Origin: an uncultured Clostridiaceae bacterium
GTDB taxonomy: Bacteria; Bacillota; Clostridia; TANB77; CAG-465
DNA length: 64,000 bases
Direction: 5' to 3'
Assembly (NCBI GenBank): GCA_964653805.1
Contig: CAZZFS010000001.1
Coordinates: 74,911-138,910, forward strand
The position numbers were made by a program, and so were the translations under genes. Shown here in pieces: positions 10,897 to 19,991 of this stretch. How positions within the stretch are numbered: position 1 is the stretch's first letter; each line of letters begins with the position of its first letter. The notes beneath the pieces are model-generated. The model saw only the letters and a program-made list of their open reading frames with translations. It searched no databases and was not told the DNA's origin.

Positions 10897-11478
10897 ATGG
10901 GATATAATAAAAATTTAATTGAAAAAAGTAATAATTTTAAAAAAAGTATTTTGAAATTTTTAAAAATAATTATATTTAGTATTGTTATAATTATAGTATA
11001 TAATATATTTTTAGTTCTCTTGTCAGCTTCGGCTGACAAAGAGACTTCAAATATATTTGGCTATAGTGCATACATAATAACAACGGATAGTATGAAGCCA
11101 ACATTGAATGTTAGTGATGTTGTTATTATAAAAAAAGTGAATGCTAAAACTTTAAAAAAAGATGATATTATAACGTTTAAAAAAGAATCAAAAATAATAA
11201 CTCACCGAATAATAATTAAAAATGAAGATGAATATACTACAAAAGGTGATAATAATAATGTTGAAGATTCTTTTATTGTTAAAGAATCTGATATATTAGG
11301 TATGAAAATTTTTAAAATTCCTTTTTTAGGAAAAATAGTTAAAATAATAAATAATGTTTTTTATATTTTTATAATAGCGATAACTTTAATTACAATATAT
11401 TTGTATAGTAGAAGAAAAAATCGTAAAAAAATAATAAGAAGAAAGAAAAAAAGGTTAGAAGATGAAAAAAATAAATGA
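10897..11478 (+). CDS. sipW: ER/archaeal-type signal peptidase I (S26B), SipW-like
   Basis: N-terminal TM, then FGYSAYIITTDSMKPTL (catalytic Ser box), ITHRI (His box), TKGDNN (Asp box), and a C-terminal TM followed by a basic tail RRKNRKKIIRRKKKR. Starts 12 nt after the giant gene. Confidence 0.85.
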   Translation: MGYNKNLIEKSNNFKKSILKFLKIIIFSIVIIIVYNIFLVLLSASADKETSNIFGYSAYIITTDSMKPTLNVSDVVIIKKVNAKTLKKDDIITFKKESKIITHRIIIKNEDEYTTKGDNNNVEDSFIVKESDILGMKIFKIPFLGKIVKIINNVFYIFIIAITLITIYLYSRRKNRKKIIRRKKKRLEDEKNK

Positions 11479-12004
11479 AAATAAAAAAATAAATATAAAA
11501 ATGATTTTACTTGTAATTGTTTTTTTTATACTAATATATAATGTGTTGTATCAAATATTTGGAATACAGATACCATTTGTTGTTCAAACTGATTCAATGA
11601 AAACTGATATAAATAAGTATGATGTTTTGTTTTTGAAAAAATCTAATTATGAAAAAAATGATATAGTTGTTTTTAAAGATAATGATCAAACTAAAATAGC
11701 AAAAGTAATGAATAAAATAGAAGATAATTATATTTTAAAATCTAATCAAAATTTATATTATATTGAGAATATAAAAGAAAGTGAAATAATTGGGAAAGTT
11801 ACAAAAAAAATAAGTTTTATAGGAATTATTTTTTTAATACTTCGATCTAAAATTATAACATTTATATTTTTAAGTATATTTTTAATTAATTTTATAATCA
11901 ATGAAAGAAAAAGAAAAAGTAGCCTTTTTAGAAAAAAGAAAAAACATATATTAAAAAATAAAGAATATTTATCAAAAGAAAAAATTAAAAATAATGATAA
12001 ATAA
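11462..12004 (+). CDS. SipW paralogue with degenerate catalytic boxes (candidate pseudo-peptidase)
   Basis: Same architecture: N-terminal TM, FG..VVQTDSMK, DIVVFK, C-terminal TM and basic tail. In an ungapped alignment from the shared FK, the His box THRI becomes IAKV and TKGDNN becomes LKSNQN. Overlaps sipW by 17 nt. Confidence 0.6.
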   Translation: MKKINENKKINIKMILLVIVFFILIYNVLYQIFGIQIPFVVQTDSMKTDINKYDVLFLKKSNYEKNDIVVFKDNDQTKIAKVMNKIEDNYILKSNQNLYYIENIKESEIIGKVTKKISFIGIIFLILRSKIITFIFLSIFLINFIINERKRKSSLFRKKKKHILKNKEYLSKEKIKNNDK

Positions 12005-12073
12005 TGATAAATAATGATAAATAATAATAAAAATAAAATAGTAGATAAAGAAAAAGTTATTAAAGTCATAAAA

Positions 12074-12110
12074 AATAAGTATTGATAAAAGTATCAATAC
12101 TTATTTTTTT
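12074..12110. terminator. Bidirectional rho-independent terminator between convergent genes
   Basis: Perfect 14-bp stem aataagtattgata / tatcaatacttatt with loop aaag, an A-run upstream and a T-run downstream. Confidence 0.75.
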
Positions 12111-12120
12111 ATTTTATAAT

Positions 12121-13038
12121 TTAAAGATTGTTTTTTGTTGTATAAGGTGAAATTTTAAATTCTGTTTTAAAGAAATTAAAATCATCTAATTCATTATATT
12201 CAAGACAAGATAAATAAACATCTAATTCGTTTAAATTTTTGCAAGCTGTTATAACAGCAGGATGTAAATTATAATTAGAAAATAATTCAATACTAAGTTC
12301 TAAAGCTTGTATTATAGAACCTTTTTCTTTTTCTCTTACTAATTTATAAGCTTCTTTAAATCTTGATATCGAAGAAGCTTTATATTTTGTATGAGGTAAA
12401 GTATAGTATTTATCTATAATTTCTTGTTCATTTTTAAAATCAAGATTAGGATTTCTTAAGATAGAAATAATTTCAGTATTTTGATATGGAAGTAAAACCT
12501 TATTGTCAATTTCAGAAATTATTAAAGTTTTTTCTGGGTAATCTATATTTAAAGATTGACTTGCTAACTCTAATTCTTTAATATCACCTAAATTATTTTC
12601 TTCATCATTATTAACACAATTTTTATTAATGAAAAATTGTATACTATTATTATTTATAGATACATCTGAAAATGTAGCTGTATATAGTTTATTATAATCT
12701 TCTAATTTGTTATCTAAAATTTTTAAATCAACATCTTGTTCTAAACAATGTTCATTACAAATTTCATCTAAGTTATTAATTAAAATATTCAAAGACGAAA
12801 TGTTATAATTTGAAATTTTTAATATTTTTGATATGTTATCTAAACAATCCACTTTGTTATTTTCGTCTTCTTGTGATGAATCACTATTAATAGAATTAAC
12901 AAAAAGTTTTAAATGTAAAAGTAATTTTTTCTTAAAGTTTTCTTGTGTTTCTATTGATTCATTTATATGTTTTTTTTCGATATTTACAAAATCTAAAAAA
13001 GTTAGATTATCAATAATTTCTTTCGTTAATTTTATCAT
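12121..13038 (-). CDS. Hypothetical 305-aa acidic protein
   Basis: Long ORF with GGAGGA Shine-Dalgarno upstream (ggaggatataaATG on the minus strand). No recognisable motifs. Confidence 0.6.
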   Translation of the reverse strand: MIKLTKEIIDNLTFLDFVNIEKKHINESIETQENFKKKLLLHLKLFVNSINSDSSQEDENNKVDCLDNISKILKISNYNISSLNILINNLDEICNEHCLEQDVDLKILDNKLEDYNKLYTATFSDVSINNNSIQFFINKNCVNNDEENNLGDIKELELASQSLNIDYPEKTLIISEIDNKVLLPYQNTEIISILRNPNLDFKNEQEIIDKYYTLPHTKYKASSISRFKEAYKLVREKEKGSIIQALELSIELFSNYNLHPAVITACKNLNELDVYLSCLEYNELDDFNFFKTEFKISPYTTKNNL

Positions 13039-13370
13039 TTATATCCTCCATAATGTACATATTAAATTATACAATATTTAACTAAAAATATGCAATAGTT
13101 TTTTACTATAATTTGGTTTTTAGTTAAATTTAGCTTTTATTTTTATAAAATAAAAATGCTATATTGAAATTTTGTACAAAATTATAAAATTCATCTGATA
13201 TAAATCAGTTTTTTTATAATTTTATCAATAACTTTTGATAATGTCAATGGTAGAATGGATTTTTACTGAAAAAATGTTATTCTTTTAGTATATTTGGCTT
13301 AAAAAATAAAATAAAATAAAAATAAATAACATAAAATAGTGTTTAAAATTAACAAATATTAGAAAAACAC

Positions 13371-13398
13371 TTGTATATATTTTTTTATATGTTATAAT
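13371..13398 (+). promoter_or_regulatory. Sigma-A-type promoter (TTGTAT-16 nt-TATAAT)
   Basis: Hexamers at 13371-13376 and 13393-13398, about 115 nt upstream of the zinc-ribbon gene. Confidence 0.4.
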
Positions 13399-13432
13399 GT
13401 TAGTATAAGTTCATTAGAAAGTTTAAATATTA

Positions 13433-13502
13433 TCCTTTAAGAAAAAGTATTTTTAAAGTTAATTTTAAAGTCTAGCTAATAACTATTATATTTCTTAAAG
13501 GA
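13433..13502 (+). promoter_or_regulatory. Long-range 12-bp stem in the 5' UTR that occludes the Shine-Dalgarno sequence
   Basis: tcctttaagaaa (13433-13444) is perfectly complementary to tttcttaaagga (13491-13502). The latter overlaps AGGAGG at 13499-13504. Confidence 0.3.
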
Positions 13503-13511
13503 GGAAAAATA

Positions 13512-13670
13512 ATGCAAGATAAAACAATATTATGTAAAGATTGTGGAACAGAATTTACTTTTACAGTAGCTGAACAAGAATTTTATGCAGAAAAAGGATT
13601 TACAAATGATCCAGTAAGATGTAAAGATTGTAGAATGGCTAAAAAAGCTAGAAACAACAGAAATTACTAA
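13512..13670 (+). CDS. 52-aa zinc-ribbon protein (CxxC...CxxC, zf-trcl-like)
   Basis: MQDKTILCKDCGTEFTFTVAEQEFYAEKGFTNDPVRCKDCRMAKKARNNRNY. AAAGGAGG Shine-Dalgarno 7 nt upstream. A hairpin terminator follows at about 13681-13718. Below the ORF-track cut-off. Confidence 0.75.
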   Translation: MQDKTILCKDCGTEFTFTVAEQEFYAEKGFTNDPVRCKDCRMAKKARNNRNY

Positions 13671-13765
13671 GATAAAAAATAAAGAAGTAAATGGTTAATC
13701 CATTTGCTTCTTTATTTTTTTGTTATTCTTGTATTTTTTAAAACTTTAGATTTTTAAATTATTTG

Positions 13766-14011
13766 TTATTTAAAATAATTTAAAAGTTGCATTAAATTTT
13801 TTTTGTAATGATTTACAACTCCAAGCATAGTTGCTTTGTCAGCTTGTTTTGCAAGTTCAAAATTTTCTAGAAATGCTACTCCATTTTTATCAAGCCAGTT
13901 GTTCCGTATAAACATAATTTGAGTGTCAAAGTTATTATCACCCATGTTTATTTTTTTTATAAGAATGTTCAAAGAGTTGACTACACCGTCAAAATCGTTA
14001 ATTTTTACCAT
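13766..14011 (-). CDS. Hypothetical 81-aa protein
   Basis: ORF with GGAGGA Shine-Dalgarno upstream on the minus strand (aggaggattttataATG). No recognised family. Confidence 0.5.
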   Translation of the reverse strand: MVKINDFDGVVNSLNILIKKINMGDNNFDTQIMFIRNNWLDKNGVAFLENFELAKQADKATMLGVVNHYKKNLMQLLNYFK

Positions 14012-14217
14012 TATAAAATCCTCCTAAAAATTTAAGATTATAGCAACTCATATAATAAATGAGTTAATATATATTATTTTGTTATAAGTATATCACACAA
14101 ACACTTTTATGTCAACTTACTTTCTTTTTTTGAATATTGAAATTATTGTGTGTTTTTTGCATTTAAAAAAGTAATGATATTGCTTAAAAAATTAAAGTTT
14201 CTTATTAGAAAAATGTA

Positions 14218-14246
14218 TTGAAAAAGATATATATTTTTGGTATAAT
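14218..14246 (+). promoter_or_regulatory. Sigma-A-type promoter (TTGAAA-17 nt-TATAAT) for mutS
   Basis: Hexamers at 14218-14223 and 14241-14246. Confidence 0.5.
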
Positions 14247-14321
14247 AATACTTACAAAATAAAAGTAAAAAATTAATAAAAAATAATATATTAATATGAA
14301 AAATTAATGGAGGATATAAAT

Positions 14322-16934
14322 ATGGCACTTACACCTATGATGCAACAGTATGTAGAATTAAAAGAAAAATACAAAGATTGTATTTTGTTTTATAGATTAG
14401 GAGATTTTTATGAAATGTTTTTTGAAGATGCAAAAACATGTAGTAAAGAATTAGAATTAACATTAACAGGAAAAGATTGTGGTTTAGAAGAAAGAGCACC
14501 AATGTGTGGAATACCACATCATGCTGCTAATACATATATTCCAAAATTAATTGAAAAAGGATATAAAATAGCTATATGTGAACAAATAGAAGATCCTAAA
14601 GAAGTTAAAGGAATTGTAAAAAGAGATGTTGTTAAAATAGTTACACCGGGTACTATTACTGAACTTACAATGTTAGATGAGAAAAAAAATAATTATATAT
14701 TAGCTATAATGTATGGTGTTAAAAAAAGTTTCATTTCTTTTTGTGATATTTCAACTGGTGAATTTTATATATCAAAAATAGAAGATATAGATATGGATCA
14801 AGTTTTGATTAATGAGATTTTTAGAATATCTCCATCTGAGATTGTTCTTTTTGATGAAAATAAAATAGTTAATAGTTTTGAACAAAAAATAATTAAAAAT
14901 TTTAATATATATATATCAAAATATAATAACATAGAAGAAAATAAATTTTTTAATAAATTACTTAAAGAAAATAATGATATAAACTATGGTGATAATTGTT
15001 TTGAAAAAGAAGAAGTTCTTGTTGCTAAATTTTTAATAAATTATTTAGAAGAAACACAAAAAACAAGTATAAATCAAATAAATAAGTTAAATAAATATGA
15101 ATCAAATAAATTTATGCAATTAGATTTTGCTACAAGAAAAAATCTTGAAATTTTAGAATCAAATAGAGAAAAAACAAAAAAAGGAAGTCTTCTTTGGGTT
15201 TTAGATCAAACTGTTACAGCAATGGGTGGAAGATGTTTAAGAAAATGGGTTGAATCACCTCTTTTAAATAAAGAAGAAATAGAAAAAAGACAAAATGCAG
15301 TTGAGATTTTAGTTAAAGATAATATAACTAGAAATGAAATGCAAGAAGTTTTAAAAACTATATATGATATAGAGCGTTTAATTGCTAAAATAGTTGGTGC
15401 TAATGCAAATGCAAGAGAATTGTTAGCGTTAAAAAATTCTTTAAAAAAATTACCTAATTTAAAAGATTTAATTAATCAAATTGTAATAAAAACAAATAAC
15501 CAATTATTTAATGAGTTTTTAGAAAAAATTGATTTGTTAGAAGATATTTATGAATTAATTGAAAAAGCAATAGATGAAGAAGGTAAAATAACTATAAAAG
15601 ATGGTGGGATAATTAAGACTGGATACAATAGCGATGTTGATGAGTATAGAAGAGTATCTTTAGAGGGCCAAAATTGGCTAATGGAGCTAGAATCAAAAGA
15701 AAGAGATATCACAGGTATAAAAGGTCTTAAAATTGGCTATAATAGAGTTTTTGGATATTATATAGAAATAACAAATTCATATAAAAATTTAGTTCCAGAA
15801 GGTAGATATGTTAGAAAGCAAACTTTATCTGGTGCTGAAAGATATATATCAGAAGATTTAAAAGAAATTGAAAATAAAATACTTGGTGCAAAAGATAAAT
15901 TAGTTGAAATAGAATATGAATTATTTTGTCAAGTAAGGGATCATATTGCTTCTCAAGTTGTTAGAATTCAAAAAACTGCAAATATAATATCAGTTTTAGA
16001 TGTTTTATGTTCTTTTGCAAGTGTAGCCGTTAAAAATAATTATATAAAACCAGAGATTTTATTAGATGGAAATATTGAAATAATAAATGGTAGACATGCT
16101 GTAGTTGAAAAAGCTTTAAAAGATGAAGAATTTATTTCAAATGATACTGTTTTAGACAATAATAAAAATAGATTTTTAATAATAACTGGACCAAATATGG
16201 CTGGTAAATCTACATATATGAGACAAGTTGCATTATCAACATATATGGCACAACTCGGTAGTTTTATTCCAGCTGAAAGTGCAAAAATATCTATAGTTGA
16301 TAGGATTTTTACTAGAATAGGTGCTTCAGATGATTTGTCTATGGGGCAATCTACATTTATGGTTGAAATGAAAGAATTATCAAATATTTTAGAAAATGCT
16401 ACTAAAAATAGTTTAATTATATTAGATGAAATAGGTAGAGGAACATCAACATATGATGGTCTTGCAATAGCTTGGGCAACAGTTGAATATATTGCAAATG
16501 CTGAAAATATAGGGGCAAAAACGTTATTTGCAACTCATTATCATGAATTGACAGAACTTGAAGAAAAAATAGATGGTGTAAAAAATTATTCTGTTGAAGT
16601 TAAAGAAAAAGGTGACGAAATAATTTTTTTAAGAAAAATAATACCAGGTGGAGCAGATGAATCTTATGGGATATATGTTGCAAAATTAGCTGGAATATCT
16701 AAATCTGTAATTAAAAGAGCAAAAGAGATTTTAAAAGAATTAGAAAATATTGATTTGGCAAAAAAACATATAGATTCTAAAAAGAAAAAAATAACAACAG
16801 AAGAAATTCAAGTTGATATGTTTAATTATAAAATGGCAGAAGTATCTAAAATACTTGAAAAAACAGATTTAGATGAGCTTACACCAAAAGAAGCTTTAGA
16901 AATATTATATAGATTAAAAGAAAAACTAGATTAA
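14322..16934 (+). CDS. mutS: DNA mismatch repair protein MutS
   Basis: MALTPMMQQYVELKEKYKDCILFYRLGDFYEMFFEDA at the N-terminus, Walker A GPNMAGKST, and DEIGRGTSTYDG. GGAGG lies 8 nt before ATG 14322; the ORF track begins at 14307. Confidence 0.97.
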   Translation: MALTPMMQQYVELKEKYKDCILFYRLGDFYEMFFEDAKTCSKELELTLTGKDCGLEERAPMCGIPHHAANTYIPKLIEKGYKIAICEQIEDPKEVKGIVKRDVVKIVTPGTITELTMLDEKKNNYILAIMYGVKKSFISFCDISTGEFYISKIEDIDMDQVLINEIFRISPSEIVLFDENKIVNSFEQKIIKNFNIYISKYNNIEENKFFNKLLKENNDINYGDNCFEKEEVLVAKFLINYLEETQKTSINQINKLNKYESNKFMQLDFATRKNLEILESNREKTKKGSLLWVLDQTVTAMGGRCLRKWVESPLLNKEEIEKRQNAVEILVKDNITRNEMQEVLKTIYDIERLIAKIVGANANARELLALKNSLKKLPNLKDLINQIVIKTNNQLFNEFLEKIDLLEDIYELIEKAIDEEGKITIKDGGIIKTGYNSDVDEYRRVSLEGQNWLMELESKERDITGIKGLKIGYNRVFGYYIEITNSYKNLVPEGRYVRKQTLSGAERYISEDLKEIENKILGAKDKLVEIEYELFCQVRDHIASQVVRIQKTANIISVLDVLCSFASVAVKNNYIKPEILLDGNIEIINGRHAVVEKALKDEEFISNDTVLDNNKNRFLIITGPNMAGKSTYMRQVALSTYMAQLGSFIPAESAKISIVDRIFTRIGASDDLSMGQSTFMVEMKELSNILENATKNSLIILDEIGRGTSTYDGLAIAWATVEYIANAENIGAKTLFATHYHELTELEEKIDGVKNYSVEVKEKGDEIIFLRKIIPGGADESYGIYVAKLAGISKSVIKRAKEILKELENIDLAKKHIDSKKKKITTEEIQVDMFNYKMAEVSKILEKTDLDELTPKEALEILYRLKEKLD

Positions 16935-17043
16935 TAAAAAATAAAAGAATAAAAAATAAAAGAATAAAAAATAATAAATTATAAAAGGAATAAAAAAATA
17001 AAAATAAAATAAACTAAAAAACTACTATGATAGGGGGTATAAA

Positions 17044-19030
17044 ATGGGAAGTATAGTGCTACTTGATGAACATACAATAAATAAAATAGCAGCTGGTGAA
17101 GTTGTAGATAGACCAGCATCTATTGTTAAAGAATTAGTTGAAAATTCAATAGATGCAAAAGCAACTTCAGTAACTATAGAAATAAAAAATGGACGGAATT
17201 AAATATATTAAAATAATAGATAATGGCGTTGGTTTTGAAGCTGATGATGTTGAAATGGCATTTGAAAGACATGCCACAAGTAAAATTAGAAAAGAAGAAG
17301 ATTTACTTACAGTAAAATCTATGGGATTTAGAGGTGAAGCTTTAGCTTCTGTTGCAGCTATTTCTAGAGTAAGTTTAATAACTAAAAATAAAAATGAAAA
17401 TACTGGAGTTAAAGCTATTGTAGAAGCAGGTAAAATACTTTCTATTGAATCTATTGCATCAAATGTAGGAACAAAATTAGAAATAAGAGATGTATTTTTT
17501 AATGTTCCAGCAAGATTTAAATTTTTAAAAAAAGATTATACTGAAGCTGGATATATAGAAGATGTAGTAAGAAGAATAGCTCTTGCTAATCCACATATTA
17601 GTTTTAAATTTATAAATAATAATAAATCAGTAATTCAAACAACAGGTAGTGGAGAATTAAAAACAACAATTTATGAATTATTTGGTAAAGAAATTTATGA
17701 TAATATAATACCTATAGAATATGAACATGAAAATATAAAAATAAAAGGTATGGCAGGACTTTCAAGTATCGCTCGTTCAACTAGAATGAATCAATATACT
17801 TTTTTAAATTCAAGATATATAAAAGATAAAATAATTAATTCAGCTATAGATAAAGCATATACTGAAAAATTAGGTATAAACAAATTTGCTTTTATTGTTT
17901 TAAATTTAGATGTAAATCCTGCAAATATTGATGTAAATGTACATCCAGCTAAATTAGAAGTTAAATTTGATAATGAAAATCAGATTTTTAATTGTGTATA
18001 TTTTGGGGTAAAAACAGCTTTAGAAAATAATAATAAAAAAACTAATCCATTTACTATTGCTGCAGAAAAAGAAATTAGTAATACTTTAAATATTCAAGAA
18101 GTTATAGAAAGTAAAGTTGTAGATAAAATATTAAGAGAAAAAGAAATAGAAAAAAATATTGATTTTAATAAAAAATTTGATTTTGAAAAAACAAAAATTA
18201 ATTTGGAAAATATAAATTCTTCAAATGTAATAAAAAATACAACTGTTAATAATGTGGAAAATTTAGAATTGAAAAATGAAAAAAGCAATGAAAATATAGA
18301 AAAAAATATAACATTAACTAATGATATTTTAGAAGAAAACAAAGAAGAAATTTTTGAAGAAGTCATAGAAGAAAATTATAATGGAAATAGTAATGAAAAA
18401 GAAATAGAAAACATTTTTTATGAAGAACAAGAAATAAAACACGAAAATGTAGAAAAAATAGTATATAAATATATTGGTCAAGTTTTTGATACATATATTA
18501 TAATTCAAATAGATGAAAAAATGTATATAATAGATCAACATGCAGCACATGAAAGACTTTTGTATGAACAAATAAAAGAAAGTTATAATTCAAAAGATAA
18601 ACAAACTCAAATGATGTTAATCCCGCTTCTTATTGAATTAACATCAAAAGAAAAAAACATCGTTATGCAAAACATAGAAATGTTTGAAAAAAGTGGTTTT
18701 ATTTTAGAAGAATTTGGTGATACAACAATAAAAATATCGGGTGTTCCAAATATAGGTTATGATATTGAATATAAAGGTATGTTTATAGATATAGTAGATG
18801 AATTACTTGGAGCTTCAAAAACACAACAACAAGAAAAAGAGTTTAGATTTATAGCAACACTTGCTTGTAAAGCAGCTGTAAAAGGTAATATGAGACTTAG
18901 TGAAGTTGAACAAAAATCATTAATAGCAGATATGATGAAACTTGAAAATCCTTTTACTTGTCCACATGGAAGACCTACTGCTTATGAAATATCTAAATAT
19001 GAAATTGAAAAAAGATTTTTAAGAAAGTAG
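17044..19030 (+). pseudogene. mutL: DNA mismatch repair protein MutL, split by a +1 frameshift near 17194
   Basis: Frame 1 from ATG 17044 gives [52 protein letters not shown] and stops at 17200-17202. Frame 2 continues (D)[14 protein letters not shown]... to 19030. Deleting C17194 restores the canonical ...[15 protein letters not shown]. The C-terminal FTCPHGRP motif is present. Confidence 0.8.
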
Positions 19031-19038
19031 ATGTTAAT

Positions 19039-19971
19039 ATGAAACAAAAAATTATATGTATTGTAGGTGCTACAGCATCTGGAAAAACAGGACTTGGCGT
19101 TGAACTTGCTAAGAAAATAAATGGTGAAATAATATCTGCAGATTCGATGCAAATATATAAAAATTTAGATATAGCAACAGCAAAGGTAACAGAAGAAGAA
19201 AAAGAAGGTATTATACATCATTTAATTGATATATGTGATGTAAAAGATAATTTTAGTGTTGTAGATTTTAAAAATATGTGTTATGATAAAATAGAAGAAA
19301 TATTAAAAAAGGGTAAAACACCTATAGTTGTTGGTGGAACAGGGTTATATATAAATTCAATTGTTTATGATATGAATTTTGAAGAAGAAAAAATAGATTT
19401 AGAGTATAGAAATGAACTAATTAAATTAAGTGAATTACATTCAAAAGAGTATGTTTATGAAATGTTAAAAGAAGTAGATTTTGAAACATCCAAAGAAATA
19501 CACCCAAATAATTTAAAAAGAGTAATTCGTGCTTTAGAAATGGCTAAAAATAATGAGAAATTAAAATCTGAGCATATGGAAGATGAAAAAACAAGAATAA
19601 AAACTAAAGAAAACAAATATGATTTTAAAGTTTTTTTATTAAATCAACAAAGAGATGTTTTATATGAAAGAATAAATAAAAGAGTAGATTTAATGATTGA
19701 AAATGGGGTATTAGAAGAAGCAAAAAAAGTATATGAATTAAATTTACCAAATGATAATACTTGTATGCAAGCAATAGGTTATAAAGAATTTTTTCCATAC
19801 TTTAAAGGAGAAAATACTTTAGAAGAAGTTTTAGAAAACTTAAAACAAAATACTAGGAAATATGCAAAAAGACAGATAACTTGGTTTAAAAATAAATTAG
19901 ATACTTACGAGTTAGATGGTAGTAAAACTAAAGATGAATTAGTAGAAGATATTATTAAGTTTATAAAATAG
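19039..19971 (+). CDS. miaA: tRNA dimethylallyltransferase MiaA
   Basis: P-loop IVGATASGKTGL, ISADSMQIYKNLDIATAK, and conserved YAKRQITWF. Confidence 0.95.
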   Translation: MKQKIICIVGATASGKTGLGVELAKKINGEIISADSMQIYKNLDIATAKVTEEEKEGIIHHLIDICDVKDNFSVVDFKNMCYDKIEEILKKGKTPIVVGGTGLYINSIVYDMNFEEEKIDLEYRNELIKLSELHSKEYVYEMLKEVDFETSKEIHPNNLKRVIRALEMAKNNEKLKSEHMEDEKTRIKTKENKYDFKVFLLNQQRDVLYERINKRVDLMIENGVLEEAKKVYELNLPNDNTCMQAIGYKEFFPYFKGENTLEEVLENLKQNTRKYAKRQITWFKNKLDTYELDGSKTKDELVEDIIKFIK

Positions 19972-19991
19972 AGATAAATAGAGGTAAATAT

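Noticed and set aside
13766-14011. 81-aa protein considered as a WXG100/Esx-type secretion substrate (…NNWLDKNGVAF…).
   Set aside because: There is no true W-x-G motif, and no EssC/FtsK-type T7SS ATPase or other T7SS genes are nearby.
16935-17030. A/T-only tandem repeats between mutS and mutL (aataaaaaataaaaga x about 2.5). Similar runs occur at 12000-12050 (ataaataatg x3), 21216-21250 and 31700-31745.
   Set aside because: These are low-complexity slippage-type repeats with no spacers or a conserved repeat unit, so they are not CRISPR arrays. They are expected in a genome this AT-rich.
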